Virus record (IMG/VR): IMGVR_UViG_3300047444_000299
Coordinates: 1 to 64,000 of that record
Reading direction: 5' to 3' (one strand)
Source of the DNA: a virus
Taxonomy: Duplodnaviria > Heunggongvirae > Uroviricota > Caudoviricetes
DNA length: 64,000 bases
A program made the translations under genes and the position numbers. Within the stretch, counting starts at the first letter, position 1. Each line of letters begins with the position of its first letter. The notes below the pieces were generated by a model. It did not search any database. It saw nothing but the letters and a program-made list of their open reading frames with translations, and was not told the origin of the DNA. This document shows, one piece after another, positions 1-10,457 of this stretch.

Positions 1-1
1 C

Positions 2-808
2 GGTATTACCCCTGAATACCTGAAATCGTTTGGTATTGATCCAAATCGTGTGATTCACATCCCGATTTACCATATCGAACAATTGACTTTCGAGTTCGCG
101 GCGCAGCTCAAAGAGATTCAGCGTAACGAGAAAGTTGTATTCTTGGTGGACTCGGTTGGTAACTTGGCTTCGAAGAAAGAAGTTGAGAACGCGGAAAACG
201 AAAACAGCGCTGCGGACATGACCCGTGCCCGTGCATTGAAATCGATGTTCCGTATTATCACCCCGCATTTCCAAGGTAAGAACATTCCTTGTATTGTGAT
301 TAACCACACATACAACGAAATCGGTATGTTCCCAAAACAAATCATGGGTGGTGGTCAGGGCGGTATGTTGTCCTCGAACACGGTTCTGTTTATTTCCAAG
401 TCGCAGGACAAGGACGGTACAGAACTGACTGGATTCAAGTTTACGTTGATCGTGGAGAAATCCCGATTCGTGGTTGAGAAATCCAAGTTCCCGATTCACG
501 TTAGTTTTGCCGGTGGTGTACAGCCACTGTCTGGGATCTTTGAATTGGCGCTTGAGGAAGGATCGCTTGTCAGTCCGACCAAAGGATTCTATCAAATGGT
601 CAACAAGGATACCGGCGAAGTCCTGTACGAAGGTAAGAAATTCCGTCGTGCCGAGCTGGAAGCAACGAATAACTATTTGATGGAAATCCTGAAACGCAAG
701 TCGTTCCGTGATTACGTCGAAGACACGTATATGCTGAAAGCGACTGAAATTGACACGAACCATCAGGAAGAATTCGAAAACTTCCTATCGGATTCGAAGA
801 ATGAATAA
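2..808 (+). CDS. uvsX: UvsX/RecA-like recombinase (5' truncated by window edge)
   Basis: RecA-fold C-terminal motifs (ARALKSMFRIITPHF.., GGGQGG); frame runs open from position 2; T4-like uvsX-41-61 synteny. Confidence 0.8.
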   Translation, partial: GITPEYLKSFGIDPNRVIHIPIYHIEQLTFEFAAQLKEIQRNEKVVFLVDSVGNLASKKEVENAENENSAADMTRARALKSMFRIITPHFQGKNIPCIVINHTYNEIGMFPKQIMGGGQGGMLSSNTVLFISKSQDKDGTELTGFKFTLIVEKSRFVVEKSKFPIHVSFAGGVQPLSGIFELALEEGSLVSPTKGFYQMVNKDTGEVLYEGKKFRRAELEATNNYLMEILKRKSFRDYVEDTYMLKATEIDTNHQEEFENFLSDSKNE

Positions 809-1037
809 GGCTGGAGAGCCTTATATTCTGTTTGATCTAAACGGACAGAATATCGGAGTGACGGAGGCTGGTATCGATGATACCGGCCAGCTTCGATGCA
901 CTTGGGTGTGTATCGACAAAGAACGCAAGTTCACGAACGAAGAAATTGAATTGATGCTCAATCGGGCATTCCAAGACATTCTTCGCCGTGAAGTTGAACG
1001 CGATGAACTAACCAACAGACCAATTGATTTAAATTAA
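801..1037 (+). CDS. hypothetical small protein
   Basis: ATG overlaps uvsX stop; 78 aa; no recognizable motif. Confidence 0.45.
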   Translation: MNKAGEPYILFDLNGQNIGVTEAGIDDTGQLRCTWVCIDKERKFTNEEIELMLNRAFQDILRREVERDELTNRPIDLN

Positions 1038-1046
1038 AGGTGTAGC

Positions 1047-2492
1047 ATGATCGAAGAAAGTATCTTCCAAAATTTGATCTACAACGAAGATTATTTTCGT
1101 ACAGTCATCCCACATCTGAAAAAAGAATACTTTTCGGATTTTGCTGATCAGCGTATGTTTTCGTATATCAGGGGGTTTGGTGACAAGTACAACAAACGCC
1201 CTGATACTACTGTTCTGAAACTGCTACTTGAGAAAGATACCTCTTTGAATGAAGGGGTATATGAATCGTTGTCGGCTCAAATCGACAATCTCAGGACCGC
1301 TGGACCGGATCTATCCCTTACAGATTTCATGGTTGAAGAAACTGAGAATTTCTGTAAGCAGCAAGCTTTGTACAATGCGCTGAAAGATGCGCTGGAAATC
1401 AAGGCTAACGCTGAAATGTCCCCGGACAAACGAAACAAAAAGCTTGCAGACATCGGCTGTATCCCTGATATGCTGCGTGATGCATTGGGCGTGTGTTTTG
1501 ATACATCGGTCGGCCATAACTACATGGAAGACTGGGAAACTCGTTACGAGTCGTATCACAACAAAGAAGCCAAGATTCCGTTTGACATTGAGATTTTGAA
1601 CAAGGTCACCAAAGGTGGTGCCGAGTACAAAACCCTTAACCTGATTCTAGCCGGTTCCAACGCCGGTAAGTCTCTGGGGTTGTGTCATTTGGCCGCTGGC
1701 TATTTGAACCAAGGGCTAAACGTCCTATACATTTCGATGGAAATGTCGGAAGAATCCATTGGTAAGCGTATTGATGCAAACCTACTGAATGTCAGTATGG
1801 ATGATTTGGATGCAATTCCTAAAGAGTATTTTGGTCAAAAGATCGCCAAGCTCAAGGAAAAGACTCTAGGTAAGCTGTTCTTTAAACAGTTCCCAACCGG
1901 TGCTGCGCACGTAGGGCATTTCCGTACCCTTCTGCAAGAGCTGAAAACCAAGAAGAATTTTGTTCCGAATGTTATCATCATCGACTACCTAGGGATCTGC
2001 GCAAGCTCCCGGATCGGCTACGGTGGTGAAAACTCCTATGGCTACGTGAAGGCGATTGCAGAGGAATTGCGTGGTATGGCTATCGAAACCAATACCTGCA
2101 TCTGGTCCGCTGCACAGACTACCCGTGGTTCGTGGGAAAAGAGCGACATTGATATGGGCGACACCGCTGAATCGGCTGGTCTGGTTCACACCGCTGACTT
2201 TATTCTGGGTATCGTTGAAACCGACGAGCTGGCCCAGCAAGGTCAACAGATGTTCAAGCAGGTGAAATCCCGATACGGTGACAAGTCGAAATGGTCCCGG
2301 TTCTTTATCGCCGTGGATAAGGGTCTACAACGCTGGTCTGAGCTTCCTAATAACGGATTCGCGGAAGTGGCTGAGCAACCTAACAAGCCTCAAACCCAGC
2401 ATCAGTCGGCTTCTATAGCTACTGATTCCAAGGTGCCGGGGCGACGTAAGAAAGGTGGGGACAACCCAGAGGCTGCGAAAGTAGTCTGGTAA
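1047..2492 (+). CDS. 41: replicative DNA helicase, DnaB-like (T4 gp41 family)
   Basis: Walker A GSNAGKS, DnaB-like motifs (YISMEMS..), 481 aa; follows uvsX as in T4. Confidence 0.9.
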   Translation: MIEESIFQNLIYNEDYFRTVIPHLKKEYFSDFADQRMFSYIRGFGDKYNKRPDTTVLKLLLEKDTSLNEGVYESLSAQIDNLRTAGPDLSLTDFMVEETENFCKQQALYNALKDALEIKANAEMSPDKRNKKLADIGCIPDMLRDALGVCFDTSVGHNYMEDWETRYESYHNKEAKIPFDIEILNKVTKGGAEYKTLNLILAGSNAGKSLGLCHLAAGYLNQGLNVLYISMEMSEESIGKRIDANLLNVSMDDLDAIPKEYFGQKIAKLKEKTLGKLFFKQFPTGAAHVGHFRTLLQELKTKKNFVPNVIIIDYLGICASSRIGYGGENSYGYVKAIAEELRGMAIETNTCIWSAAQTTRGSWEKSDIDMGDTAESAGLVHTADFILGIVETDELAQQGQQMFKQVKSRYGDKSKWSRFFIAVDKGLQRWSELPNNGFAEVAEQPNKPQTQHQSASIATDSKVPGRRKKGGDNPEAAKVVW

Positions 2493-2589
2493 GCCCCGCA
2501 AATCGATTCTGGGAGGCTTTACATCAAATTCCATGCGATGGTATGGGGTTCGGTGTAAAACCTTTCAAAACAAATTTTAGGCGATTCTG

Positions 2590-2618
2590 TTTAGGTTCGC
2601 CGGAAATAGTGGTATAGT
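2590..2618 (+). promoter_or_regulatory. sigma70-like early promoter TTTAGG-N17-TATAGT
   Basis: (ctg)TTTAGx-N17-TAtaxT pattern recurring in this genome. Confidence 0.45.
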
Positions 2619-2656
2619 TCAATTCTCTTGTGACAACAACCAACCGGAATTACATT

Positions 2657-2947
2657 ATGAGCAAGCCTTTCTCCTTTTCCTCCCTGTTCGGCGGCACCTC
2701 GGCTGCCAAACCAGTCAATCAAATCCTGTCGGGTATCGCTGACCTGATTAGCGAACTGAAAGCGGCTGTAGCAACCCACAACACCAAGATTGCAGAAAAC
2801 GATGCTCAGATCGAAGCTCTGAAAGCTGCATCTGACGCAAGCCGTGCTGAAATTGATGCTGCGACCAACGCACATACCAATCTGGCGGCACTGATCGGCA
2901 CCAAGCCAGTCGTTCAAGAACCCCCGGCACCAGTTGGTGCTGAATAA
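2657..2947 (+). CDS. hypothetical coiled-coil protein
   Basis: Ala/Lys-rich heptad-like sequence; first ATG of ORF (GTG possible at 2630). Confidence 0.4.
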   Translation: MSKPFSFSSLFGGTSAAKPVNQILSGIADLISELKAAVATHNTKIAENDAQIEALKAASDASRAEIDAATNAHTNLAALIGTKPVVQEPPAPVGAE

Positions 2948-3354
2948 TGCATATGAACGATTTGAATCGATTTAACATTCCAAAGCATTTTATTATCGAT
3001 TGGGATCATGTTGAACGTGTGATGCGTGAACGAAACTCCCCAATGGATCGTGACAATCTGGATCGTTATTTCCAGAAACATCCCGGTGGTGCTGGTGGTA
3101 CAACTACCGCAAGTTCTACCAGCGGTACAGTACCGGTCAGGCAAGTTCCTGCGGTACATGAACAATGGTGGGTGAAGGCTCCGAATCGTGATCGCCTGTA
3201 TCTGGTCAATATTCGTAAGATTTCCAGTGCTATCGTAGAAATCACCGTCGAAGGCCAGACCATTGATGGATTGCGCTCCGGTTGCTACGAACGCGATTAC
3301 CTCAAATTTGTTGAACAACATGTGCAACCGGGTCTGGAACCAAAATCAGTCTAA
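2947..3354 (+). CDS. hypothetical protein
   Basis: 135 aa ORF, ATG overlaps upstream stop. Confidence 0.45.
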   Translation: MHMNDLNRFNIPKHFIIDWDHVERVMRERNSPMDRDNLDRYFQKHPGGAGGTTTASSTSGTVPVRQVPAVHEQWWVKAPNRDRLYLVNIRKISSAIVEITVEGQTIDGLRSGCYERDYLKFVEQHVQPGLEPKSV

Positions 3355-3601
3355 TCTCCCGCGTGGGGCGATCTACATCGGTCGCCCTTCAAAATGGGAG
3401 AATCCATATGAAATTGGAATTGATGGAAATCGCACAGAAGTAATTCAAAAGTTCCGTGCGTACCTGTATTCATCTGGGTTGATCAATGACATTCATGAAC
3501 TCTGTGGTAAGGATTTGATTTGCTGGTGCAAACCGAAGAAATGCCACGGCGACATTTTGATTGAATTGGCTAACCCAAGATTGGGTCAATTCTTTGAGTA
3601 G
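3320..3601 (+). CDS. DUF4326-like protein (GRPSKWxNP...CWCxPxxCHGD motif)
   Basis: conserved motif IYIGRPSKWENPY...LICWCKPKKCHGDIL; start uncertain (overlaps upstream ORF). Confidence 0.5.
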   Translation: MCNRVWNQNQSNLPRGAIYIGRPSKWENPYEIGIDGNRTEVIQKFRAYLYSSGLINDIHELCGKDLICWCKPKKCHGDILIELANPRLGQFFE

Positions 3602-3606
3602 GTAAG

Positions 3607-4629
3607 ATGGATCATATAGACCAAGCGTACATCGGGCGGGTTTCCCTCCGATTAGATCAGTTCAAGCAGAAATCACCCGGACGGTACAACTTTAGATGTC
3701 CTATCTGCGGCGACTCGGCTAAGAATAAGTACAAGGCTCGCGCATGGTTCATCGGCCATGATGGTAAGACGTGGTTCAAATGCTTCAACGACGATACATG
3801 CGGGTCCGGTTTTGGATTCTTTCTGAAACGTCATGACCCAGCGCTGTATTCTGAATGGGCTCTTGAGAAATTCAGGGAATATGGTAACGGCAAGCGTCAA
3901 AGCTCGGTCCAAGAAGCCAAGCCGGTACGTCATATGGGTGATCCAGAATTGGTTCACGATTTACCGACGATTGCAAGCCTGCCACATGATCATTTTGCAC
4001 GGGCTTATATCGAAGACCGGAAGTTACCAACGCATTGGCTAGAAAAGTTGTATTTCTGTGAAAGCTGGAAAGAACTGACTAACCAATTTGAGCCGGATAC
4101 ATACAAAACAATCAAATCTGAGGAAGCTCGGATTGTGATTCCCGCTTACAACGAGAAGCGGGAATTGATCTGCTTTCAAGGTCGGAGTCTCGACCCAGAT
4201 GTGGATGAAAAGAAATACCTAACCGTCAAGGTTCAAGATTGCCTCAAAATCTGGGGCATGGACAAGGCGAAAAAGAATGCGCCGGTATTCCTGTTGGAAG
4301 GTGCATTTGATGCAATGTGTTTAAGCAACACTACGGCGATTCTCGGGGGCACTGCGAACCCTAATGATCTACCGGAAGGGTATGATTGGGTGTTCTCGCT
4401 CGATAATGAGCCGCGAAATGTTTCAGTCCTGCGACGATATCAACAATTGATTGATCGCAAGGCAAAGTTTGTGAACTGGCGTGGATGGCCCTACAAATTC
4501 AAAGATGTCAATGAGTGCATCAAGAATGGGATATCCGCCCGTGAGATTCAGCGTTATTTTGAATCAAATATTGTGTCCGGGCTACAAGCTCAACTTGAAT
4601 TTAATCTTTGGAAGAAAGCACCTTTATGA
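3607..4629 (+). CDS. 61: DNA primase (T4 gp61 family; Zn-ribbon + TOPRIM)
   Basis: N-terminal RCPICGDS..KARAW zinc-binding motif typical of gp61; position after helicase. Confidence 0.85.
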   Translation: MDHIDQAYIGRVSLRLDQFKQKSPGRYNFRCPICGDSAKNKYKARAWFIGHDGKTWFKCFNDDTCGSGFGFFLKRHDPALYSEWALEKFREYGNGKRQSSVQEAKPVRHMGDPELVHDLPTIASLPHDHFARAYIEDRKLPTHWLEKLYFCESWKELTNQFEPDTYKTIKSEEARIVIPAYNEKRELICFQGRSLDPDVDEKKYLTVKVQDCLKIWGMDKAKKNAPVFLLEGAFDAMCLSNTTAILGGTANPNDLPEGYDWVFSLDNEPRNVSVLRRYQQLIDRKAKFVNWRGWPYKFKDVNECIKNGISAREIQRYFESNIVSGLQAQLEFNLWKKAPL

Positions 4630-5189
4630 CAACTCCTATTACCCTCGCTACCGTACCTGTATTCGATCTGATCCGCCAATGGGGTTCCGACCGCAATCTG
4701 ATTCTGGGTGCGACTCCGAAAGATCAGTTCTCGAAACTGATTGAGGAATTCAGCGAAATCACTACCGGCATGGAAGAAAGCAACTACGCCGAAATCAAAG
4801 ACGGTATCGGTGATACTGCGGTGGTTCTGACCATTCTGGCAGCACAGATGGGCCTTACAGTCGAGGAATGTTTCGAATACGCCTCGGGTCTGGGTGCAAC
4901 ATTGGTGTACTTCGAGGACGAAGCTGAGTATTCGACCTATATCCGTGCCCTTGTTACCAACTTCGGTAAACTGGCTACCGGTATCAACAAGAAAAACCTG
5001 CCACTGGCGAAAGCTGGTATTGGTCATGGTCTGGGTCTGGTCTGCGCACTGGCTGGCTGCTTGCTGATCGAAGAAACCTTTGATGACGCTTTGCTGGCAT
5101 CGTACAACGTGATCAAAGACCGTAAAGGTAAAATGATCGACGGTGTATTCGTGAAAGAAGCCGACCTGCATATGGTTGGTGCGCTTTAA
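4626..5189 (+). CDS. MazG-like all-alpha NTP pyrophosphohydrolase (possible gp56-type dCTPase/dUTPase)
   Basis: MazG motifs LIRQWG..KLIEEFSE, C-terminal IKDRKG; ATGA overlap with primase stop. Confidence 0.6.
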   Translation: MTTPITLATVPVFDLIRQWGSDRNLILGATPKDQFSKLIEEFSEITTGMEESNYAEIKDGIGDTAVVLTILAAQMGLTVEECFEYASGLGATLVYFEDEAEYSTYIRALVTNFGKLATGINKKNLPLAKAGIGHGLGLVCALAGCLLIEETFDDALLASYNVIKDRKGKMIDGVFVKEADLHMVGAL

Positions 5190-5833
5190 TGCTGACAGTC
5201 GGTAACGATAGCAAACTGTATGGTTTCGATATCGAAACCTTGGGCACAAAGCCCGGTTGTGTAATCGTATCGGCGGCGTTTCTGGTTTTTGACTTCAACG
5301 AAACAAAAACGTTTGACGAATATGTCAACGATGCCCTTTACATCAAATTCAGTGTGAAGCAACAGAAGGATGAAGGTCGTAAGATCGATCCCGACACACT
5401 GGCTTGGTGGAAACGTCAGGATGATGTGGTTCGTAAAGAACTGATGCCATCTGCGAAAGACGTGAGCATTGAAGAAGGTTCGAAACAGATTCTGGAATAT
5501 CTGTCAGAGCGTGGTGTCAACAAAGGCAGTGAAAAGCGTACCTACCGATTCTGCCGGGGTCAGGATTTCGACATCCCGATTCTGGATGATGCAATGGGTA
5601 CGGTCGGGTTGAAATTGCCGGGTGCCTTCTGGAACTCCCGCGATATCCGTTCGTTCATTTCCGGGGCTTTGATGGATCTGACCGCGACTACGCTGTACAA
5701 GGATGATCGGGAATACAAAACCATTCCGGGTTTCCGTATGCATGATGCACGCCATGACATTGCCAAGGCTGTGATCGAAATGCAGAACTGCGTCAAGCTT
5801 GCAATGGGTCAAATGGAAATTACCGACCTGTAA
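5189..5833 (+). CDS. DEDDh 3'-5' exonuclease (DnaQ-like; DexA-like)
   Basis: Exo I motif FDIETLG, later HDARHD; 214 aa. Confidence 0.65.
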   Translation: MLTVGNDSKLYGFDIETLGTKPGCVIVSAAFLVFDFNETKTFDEYVNDALYIKFSVKQQKDEGRKIDPDTLAWWKRQDDVVRKELMPSAKDVSIEEGSKQILEYLSERGVNKGSEKRTYRFCRGQDFDIPILDDAMGTVGLKLPGAFWNSRDIRSFISGALMDLTATTLYKDDREYKTIPGFRMHDARHDIAKAVIEMQNCVKLAMGQMEITDL

Positions 5834-5837
5834 TGTG

Positions 5838-5866
5838 TTTAGATGAAATGGGATTCGTGATAGAAT
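5838..5866 (+). promoter_or_regulatory. sigma70-like early promoter TTTAGA-N17-TAGAAT
   Basis: upstream of the topoisomerase gene. Confidence 0.5.
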
Positions 5867-5893
5867 CCCTTTTCTATTTTAAAGGAATCACTA

Positions 5894-7720
5894 ATGAGCT
5901 TCAAGATTCTAGATGATAAGGCCCATATCCTGCTACGACCGGGAATGTACTGCGGATCGGTGGTTGAAGAAACCCAATCCTTGTTCCTGAATTATCAGTG
6001 GACAAGCGCGAAATTCGTACCGGGTCTGTTCAAGATCATCAACGAACTGATTGACAACTCAATCGATGAACACATTCGAACCAATGGCGAATTTGCCAAT
6101 GCGATTGATATCAAGGTCGATGCCAAAAGCTTTTGGATCAAAGACAATGGCCGGGGTATCCCTGTTGTCCTAGTCGATGACCTAGACGGCGAGAAAATCT
6201 ATACCCCTGTAGCCGCGTGGTGTAAAACCAAGGCTGGATCGAACTTCGGATCTGATACAGACCGGGATACAATCGGTATGAACGGTGTGGGTTCGGCACT
6301 GGCTAACATATTCAGTTCCAAATTCATAGGTACAACCTCAGACGGCAAAATGCATCTGGTGGTGACATGTGAAGACAACGCGACAATTCGTGATGTGTCG
6401 GTGAAGAAATCGACCAAGAAATTCACAGAGGTGTATATCGAACCAGATTTCCCACGGTTCGGTGTTACAGAAATTGATACAACCCTTATTGATTTGATCA
6501 AATCCCGATTGATCAATTTGGCGATTTGCTACCCGGCGATTACTTTCAAGTTGAATGGTGAATCGATCAAGACCGGATCAGCAAAGGCGTGGGTAGACAA
6601 GTTCGCCCCTGAAAACGTTCTACACCACGATGATTCCATCATTCTCGGGTTCATGAATTCTACGGATGAAGAATTCCGTTGCCTATCACTGGTCAACGGC
6701 TTGAACATCAGTCAAGGTGGTACGCATATTGATTACGTCTTGGGTCAAATCTGTGATGTTCTGCGGGATTTGATCAAAAAGAAACACAAGCTCGAAGTTA
6801 CCCCCGGTCAGATTAAGAGCCATCTACAAGTGGTGTCTGTGATCCGTGGTATGAAGAACATGAAATTCGATTCTCAGACCAAGGAACGAATCACCAACCC
6901 GCGTGGTGAAGTATCTGGTTTGTTTGCGAATGTCAAGTTTGACAAGCTGGCTCAGGGCATCATGAAAAATGATGCATTGATTCTGCCGATCATTCAGGCA
7001 CAGCTAGCCAAACAAATGGCGGCTGATGCTCGGGCGGCGACTCTGGCTGAAAAGGCTTTGCAAGCCAAGAAGGTTGCAAAACACATCCCCGCTACAAGCC
7101 GTAAGGCGAGCGAGAAGACCCTATTCATCACAGAAGGCGACTCTGCTATTGGCCCGTTCATTTCGGCCCGTACACAGGATCTGGCAAAGATTTACGGTGG
7201 GTATCCACTGCGCGGTAAGATTCCAAACATTACCGACATGACCACCACTGAAATTCTGAAAACCAAAGAGCTTGGCGATTTGATCAATATCCTTGGGTTG
7301 AAAATTGGTCAGAAAGCAGACGAACCAGATTACGGTACGATTGCGATCATGACTGACCAAGATATCGATGGATTCTCGATTCAAGGTTTGCTGTTGAACT
7401 TCTTTTGGCTTTGGCCGGAACTGTATCAAAAGAATAGAATCAAAATTGTTCGCACGCCTCTTTACGTGGCAACCAAGAAAGATGAACGGAAATATTTCTA
7501 TGACAAGGCTGATTACGAAGCCGCATCTAGCGGTTTGAAAGGCTATGAAATCCGATACATCAAAGGTCTTGGTTCGCTGCGGAAAACTGAGTACAAAGAC
7601 ATTCTGGCAAACCCAGTGATGATTACTGTACAGATTGATGACCCTGTACTATTTGATGCAATGTATGGCTCATACAATAAATTTGGTGATGCCCGTAAGA
7701 AATTAATTGGTGACGTATGA
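5894..7720 (+). CDS. 39: DNA topoisomerase II large subunit (GyrB-like ATPase + TOPRIM; T4 gp39 family)
   Basis: N-terminal ILLRPGMYCGS, GHKL ATPase and TOPRIM motifs; 608 aa. Confidence 0.9.
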   Translation: MSFKILDDKAHILLRPGMYCGSVVEETQSLFLNYQWTSAKFVPGLFKIINELIDNSIDEHIRTNGEFANAIDIKVDAKSFWIKDNGRGIPVVLVDDLDGEKIYTPVAAWCKTKAGSNFGSDTDRDTIGMNGVGSALANIFSSKFIGTTSDGKMHLVVTCEDNATIRDVSVKKSTKKFTEVYIEPDFPRFGVTEIDTTLIDLIKSRLINLAICYPAITFKLNGESIKTGSAKAWVDKFAPENVLHHDDSIILGFMNSTDEEFRCLSLVNGLNISQGGTHIDYVLGQICDVLRDLIKKKHKLEVTPGQIKSHLQVVSVIRGMKNMKFDSQTKERITNPRGEVSGLFANVKFDKLAQGIMKNDALILPIIQAQLAKQMAADARAATLAEKALQAKKVAKHIPATSRKASEKTLFITEGDSAIGPFISARTQDLAKIYGGYPLRGKIPNITDMTTTEILKTKELGDLINILGLKIGQKADEPDYGTIAIMTDQDIDGFSIQGLLLNFFWLWPELYQKNRIKIVRTPLYVATKKDERKYFYDKADYEAASSGLKGYEIRYIKGLGSLRKTEYKDILANPVMITVQIDDPVLFDAMYGSYNKFGDARKKLIGDV

Positions 7721-9015
7721 CCGAAACTACATTAAGTCAATTTGCTGCTGGCCCTTGGCGCGATTTCTCCCTGTACACAATCAGCGAGCGGGCTATCCCA
7801 TCGCTGATTGACGGGTTCAAACCATCACAGCGATTCATTATGTATTCCGCGTTTAAGAATGCATCAAATCGCTGGCTCAAGGTGTCGTCATTGGCGGCGA
7901 TTGCTGAATACGGCTATCACCACGGCGATGCAGCCGCACAGGAAACCGCTCAAAAGATGGCTGCGGATTGGTCGAACAACCAACCATGCCTGCTTGGCGA
8001 CGGTAACTTTGGCGACCGACTGGTTCAAGAGCCGTCAGCCCCTCGGTATGTGTTCGCACAGGTTCACCCGATGGTTCAAAAGCTGTTCAAAGACAACGAT
8101 CTTTGTCCAGCTCATGAAGACCCGGAACACATCCCACCGAAATACTACCTGCCAATCATCCCGATGGTTTTGGTCAATGGTGTTTCCGGGGTTGCAACTG
8201 GGTATGCGACGGACATCCCACCGTATGCATTAAATGATGTAAAAAACCTTTGCATCAAATATGTACAGGGTAAGGACATCGATTCAATTGATGTAATCCC
8301 GACATTCTACGGCTTCAAGGGTAAGATCGAACGTAACCCAAAAGGTGGGTTTGATCAGGTTGGTATTATCGAACTGAAAGGTAAGACTACCGCCATCATC
8401 AGTGAAGTACCGTTCAAGTACGACCGGGTGAAATACATCGCGGTTCTAGACGAGCTGCAAGAAAACGGGCTGATCCTGCGTTACGACGAGGATTGCGGCG
8501 ACCACGGCTTTAGATTCATTGTGGATTTGAAGCGTGGATTTGATACAAAGTCGAACGAAGAATTGATCAAATTGTTCAAGCTGCGTTCGTCTTTCACAGA
8601 AAACCTTACGGTACTGGATCAGGATCGTAAGCTGCGGAAATTCAGTGGGCCGCATGAGGTTGTTAGGGAGTTTTGCGACTTCCGTTTGCCATTCTATTCC
8701 GATAGGATCGCAAAGCAATTGGCGGAATCGGAACATAATTTCAAGGTAGCGGTTGCAAAGATCAAGTTTATCGGTATGATCCTCGACCAGAAGCTTGATT
8801 TTAAAGGGAAAACTAAAGCGGCACTCACAAAGGAGTTGACCGCTACCTTCGATAAGGATATTGTTCCGAGTCTATTAGGAATGGAATTCTACTCGCTGAC
8901 CAAGGATGAAATTGTAGTCCAGATGGGCAAGGCGAAAGCCCTTGACTCAAAACGGAATTACTGGAAAAATGCGACCCCTGCTGGGTTGTTCATAGAAGAT
9001 TTGGAACAGATTTAA
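7717..9015 (+). CDS. 52: DNA topoisomerase II medium subunit (GyrA-like; T4 gp52 family)
   Basis: GyrA-like N-terminus (SERAIPSLIDGFKPSQRFI); overlaps stop of gp39-like gene. Confidence 0.85.
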   Translation: MTETTLSQFAAGPWRDFSLYTISERAIPSLIDGFKPSQRFIMYSAFKNASNRWLKVSSLAAIAEYGYHHGDAAAQETAQKMAADWSNNQPCLLGDGNFGDRLVQEPSAPRYVFAQVHPMVQKLFKDNDLCPAHEDPEHIPPKYYLPIIPMVLVNGVSGVATGYATDIPPYALNDVKNLCIKYVQGKDIDSIDVIPTFYGFKGKIERNPKGGFDQVGIIELKGKTTAIISEVPFKYDRVKYIAVLDELQENGLILRYDEDCGDHGFRFIVDLKRGFDTKSNEELIKLFKLRSSFTENLTVLDQDRKLRKFSGPHEVVREFCDFRLPFYSDRIAKQLAESEHNFKVAVAKIKFIGMILDQKLDFKGKTKAALTKELTATFDKDIVPSLLGMEFYSLTKDEIVVQMGKAKALDSKRNYWKNATPAGLFIEDLEQI

Positions 9016-9033
9016 GGTTCCAGTATTAATCGC

Positions 9034-9060
9034 ACGGCCTGAATGATCGGGCCGTTTTTG
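9034..9060 (+). terminator. rho-independent terminator
   Basis: hairpin ACGGCC-N10-GGCCGT followed by TTTTT after the topoisomerase gene. Confidence 0.6.
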
Positions 9061-9076
9061 CCGGGGGTTGTTGTAA

Positions 9077-9367
9077 GTGTCTGAATTGTCAAAACGTGAT
9101 GTCCAACGTGCTAAACGTGAAGAAATTATCGAAACCCTGTTGGTGATTCGTAGCATTTTGTTCAAATTCGGTATCGATGATACCGCTGAGAACGACGAGT
9201 ATTTTGTTGCGTTTATCAATGAATTGCGAGAACCCCCGGTTACCATCACTGGGGCGCGATTCACGTACATGAGCTATCGCCAGTTGATGGCTCGCTGCCC
9301 AGAAGATCGAATGCGTCATATCTATGACAAAATCACATCTGAGCCGTATGCGATTCCGCTCGAATAA
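9077..9367 (+). CDS. hypothetical protein
   Basis: GTG start after GGGGG; 96 aa. Confidence 0.4.
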   Translation: MSELSKRDVQRAKREEIIETLLVIRSILFKFGIDDTAENDEYFVAFINELREPPVTITGARFTYMSYRQLMARCPEDRMRHIYDKITSEPYAIPLE

Positions 9368-9378
9368 GAGTAAAACTA

Positions 9379-10065
9379 ATGACCAAACGGATTGAACAGG
9401 GGCTGATCGTGGTATCGGCCTGCCTATCAGTTTTGTTGGTCGCGCAGCTACACAAAGCAGATGTACCGGATCAGGCGCGGCAACTCAACGAAATTGAATT
9501 GACCGGACAGCAAATAGCTGTCAGTGAACCAGTTCTAAAAACAGAACCGGCAAAAGAGGTTGTATCAAAACCTGTGGCGCATGTTCATAAAACGATTGAT
9601 GCAGCTCCATCCGAAGACCGGATGTTTGCGTATGCTCAAAAGTGTTTTAAAAACTGGGAATGCTACAAATTAGCGGAAGCGACCTATTTCGAGGATCGCG
9701 GGGGCGGTTTGGATGGCATGAAAGCAGTCGCCAATGTAATCGTGAATCGAACCAATACCGATGGGTTCCCTAGTTCCATCGCGGCGGTTGTGAATCAAAA
9801 GAAATATGTCAAGAAAACTGGGTGGGTGTGTCAATTCAGTTATATGTGCCAATTGAAAGATCGGCGGATGATTGACACCGATTCAAAATACATGGCTGGG
9901 TATGTGGCGTGGACTGCCTACGAAGGGGTGTTGAAAGATACTACCCGTGGGGCTACGCATTACCTGAATGAATCAAAGGTTGCATCAAAACCCAAGTGGG
10001 TCTATGCGTTCAATAAGACCGCAAAGATTGGTGCCCACACATTTTATGTCAGTAAAAACGGTTAG
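9379..10065 (+). CDS. SleB-like cell wall hydrolase (Hydrolase_2 family) with N-terminal TM anchor
   Basis: N-terminal hydrophobic helix; SleB-type motifs (EATYFEDRGGG.., VANVIVNRT.., FP.SI..VV.Q..Q). Confidence 0.65.
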   Translation: MTKRIEQGLIVVSACLSVLLVAQLHKADVPDQARQLNEIELTGQQIAVSEPVLKTEPAKEVVSKPVAHVHKTIDAAPSEDRMFAYAQKCFKNWECYKLAEATYFEDRGGGLDGMKAVANVIVNRTNTDGFPSSIAAVVNQKKYVKKTGWVCQFSYMCQLKDRRMIDTDSKYMAGYVAWTAYEGVLKDTTRGATHYLNESKVASKPKWVYAFNKTAKIGAHTFYVSKNG

Positions 10066-10073
10066 GAGTAGGT

Positions 10074-10457
10074 ATGACGCATTCGGCAGTGTTGTTGGTG
10101 ACTCGAATTCTCCAGAATCGAAACCTTCTGGAATGTAGCGGCGTAGCCAAATTCCGGGAAGACGATGAAGGGTATGTTTCGTGGATTGAATTCCCGAAAC
10201 ATAAAATTCGGATGTACGAAAAGGCAGACCAGAAGCATGGGATTGTGTTTCGATTCGAATTCTATGAATCGAGGAAACCATTCTTCACTGTCGAAGACTA
10301 CCTGCGCAACGGTTCGGAACAGGTGATTTACCTGAAAAAGTCCGAGCTGTTGCAGGCTCCGAAAATGAATAAAATCATTTCGGACATGAACACGGTTGTT
10401 CAGGAAACAATCAATTCCATCAATCATATCGGACGCTATCTGGCGGGTGCTGCATGA
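10074..10457 (+). CDS. hypothetical protein
   Basis: 127 aa ORF contiguous with neighbours. Confidence 0.45.
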   Translation: MTHSAVLLVTRILQNRNLLECSGVAKFREDDEGYVSWIEFPKHKIRMYEKADQKHGIVFRFEFYESRKPFFTVEDYLRNGSEQVIYLKKSELLQAPKMNKIISDMNTVVQETINSINHIGRYLAGAA

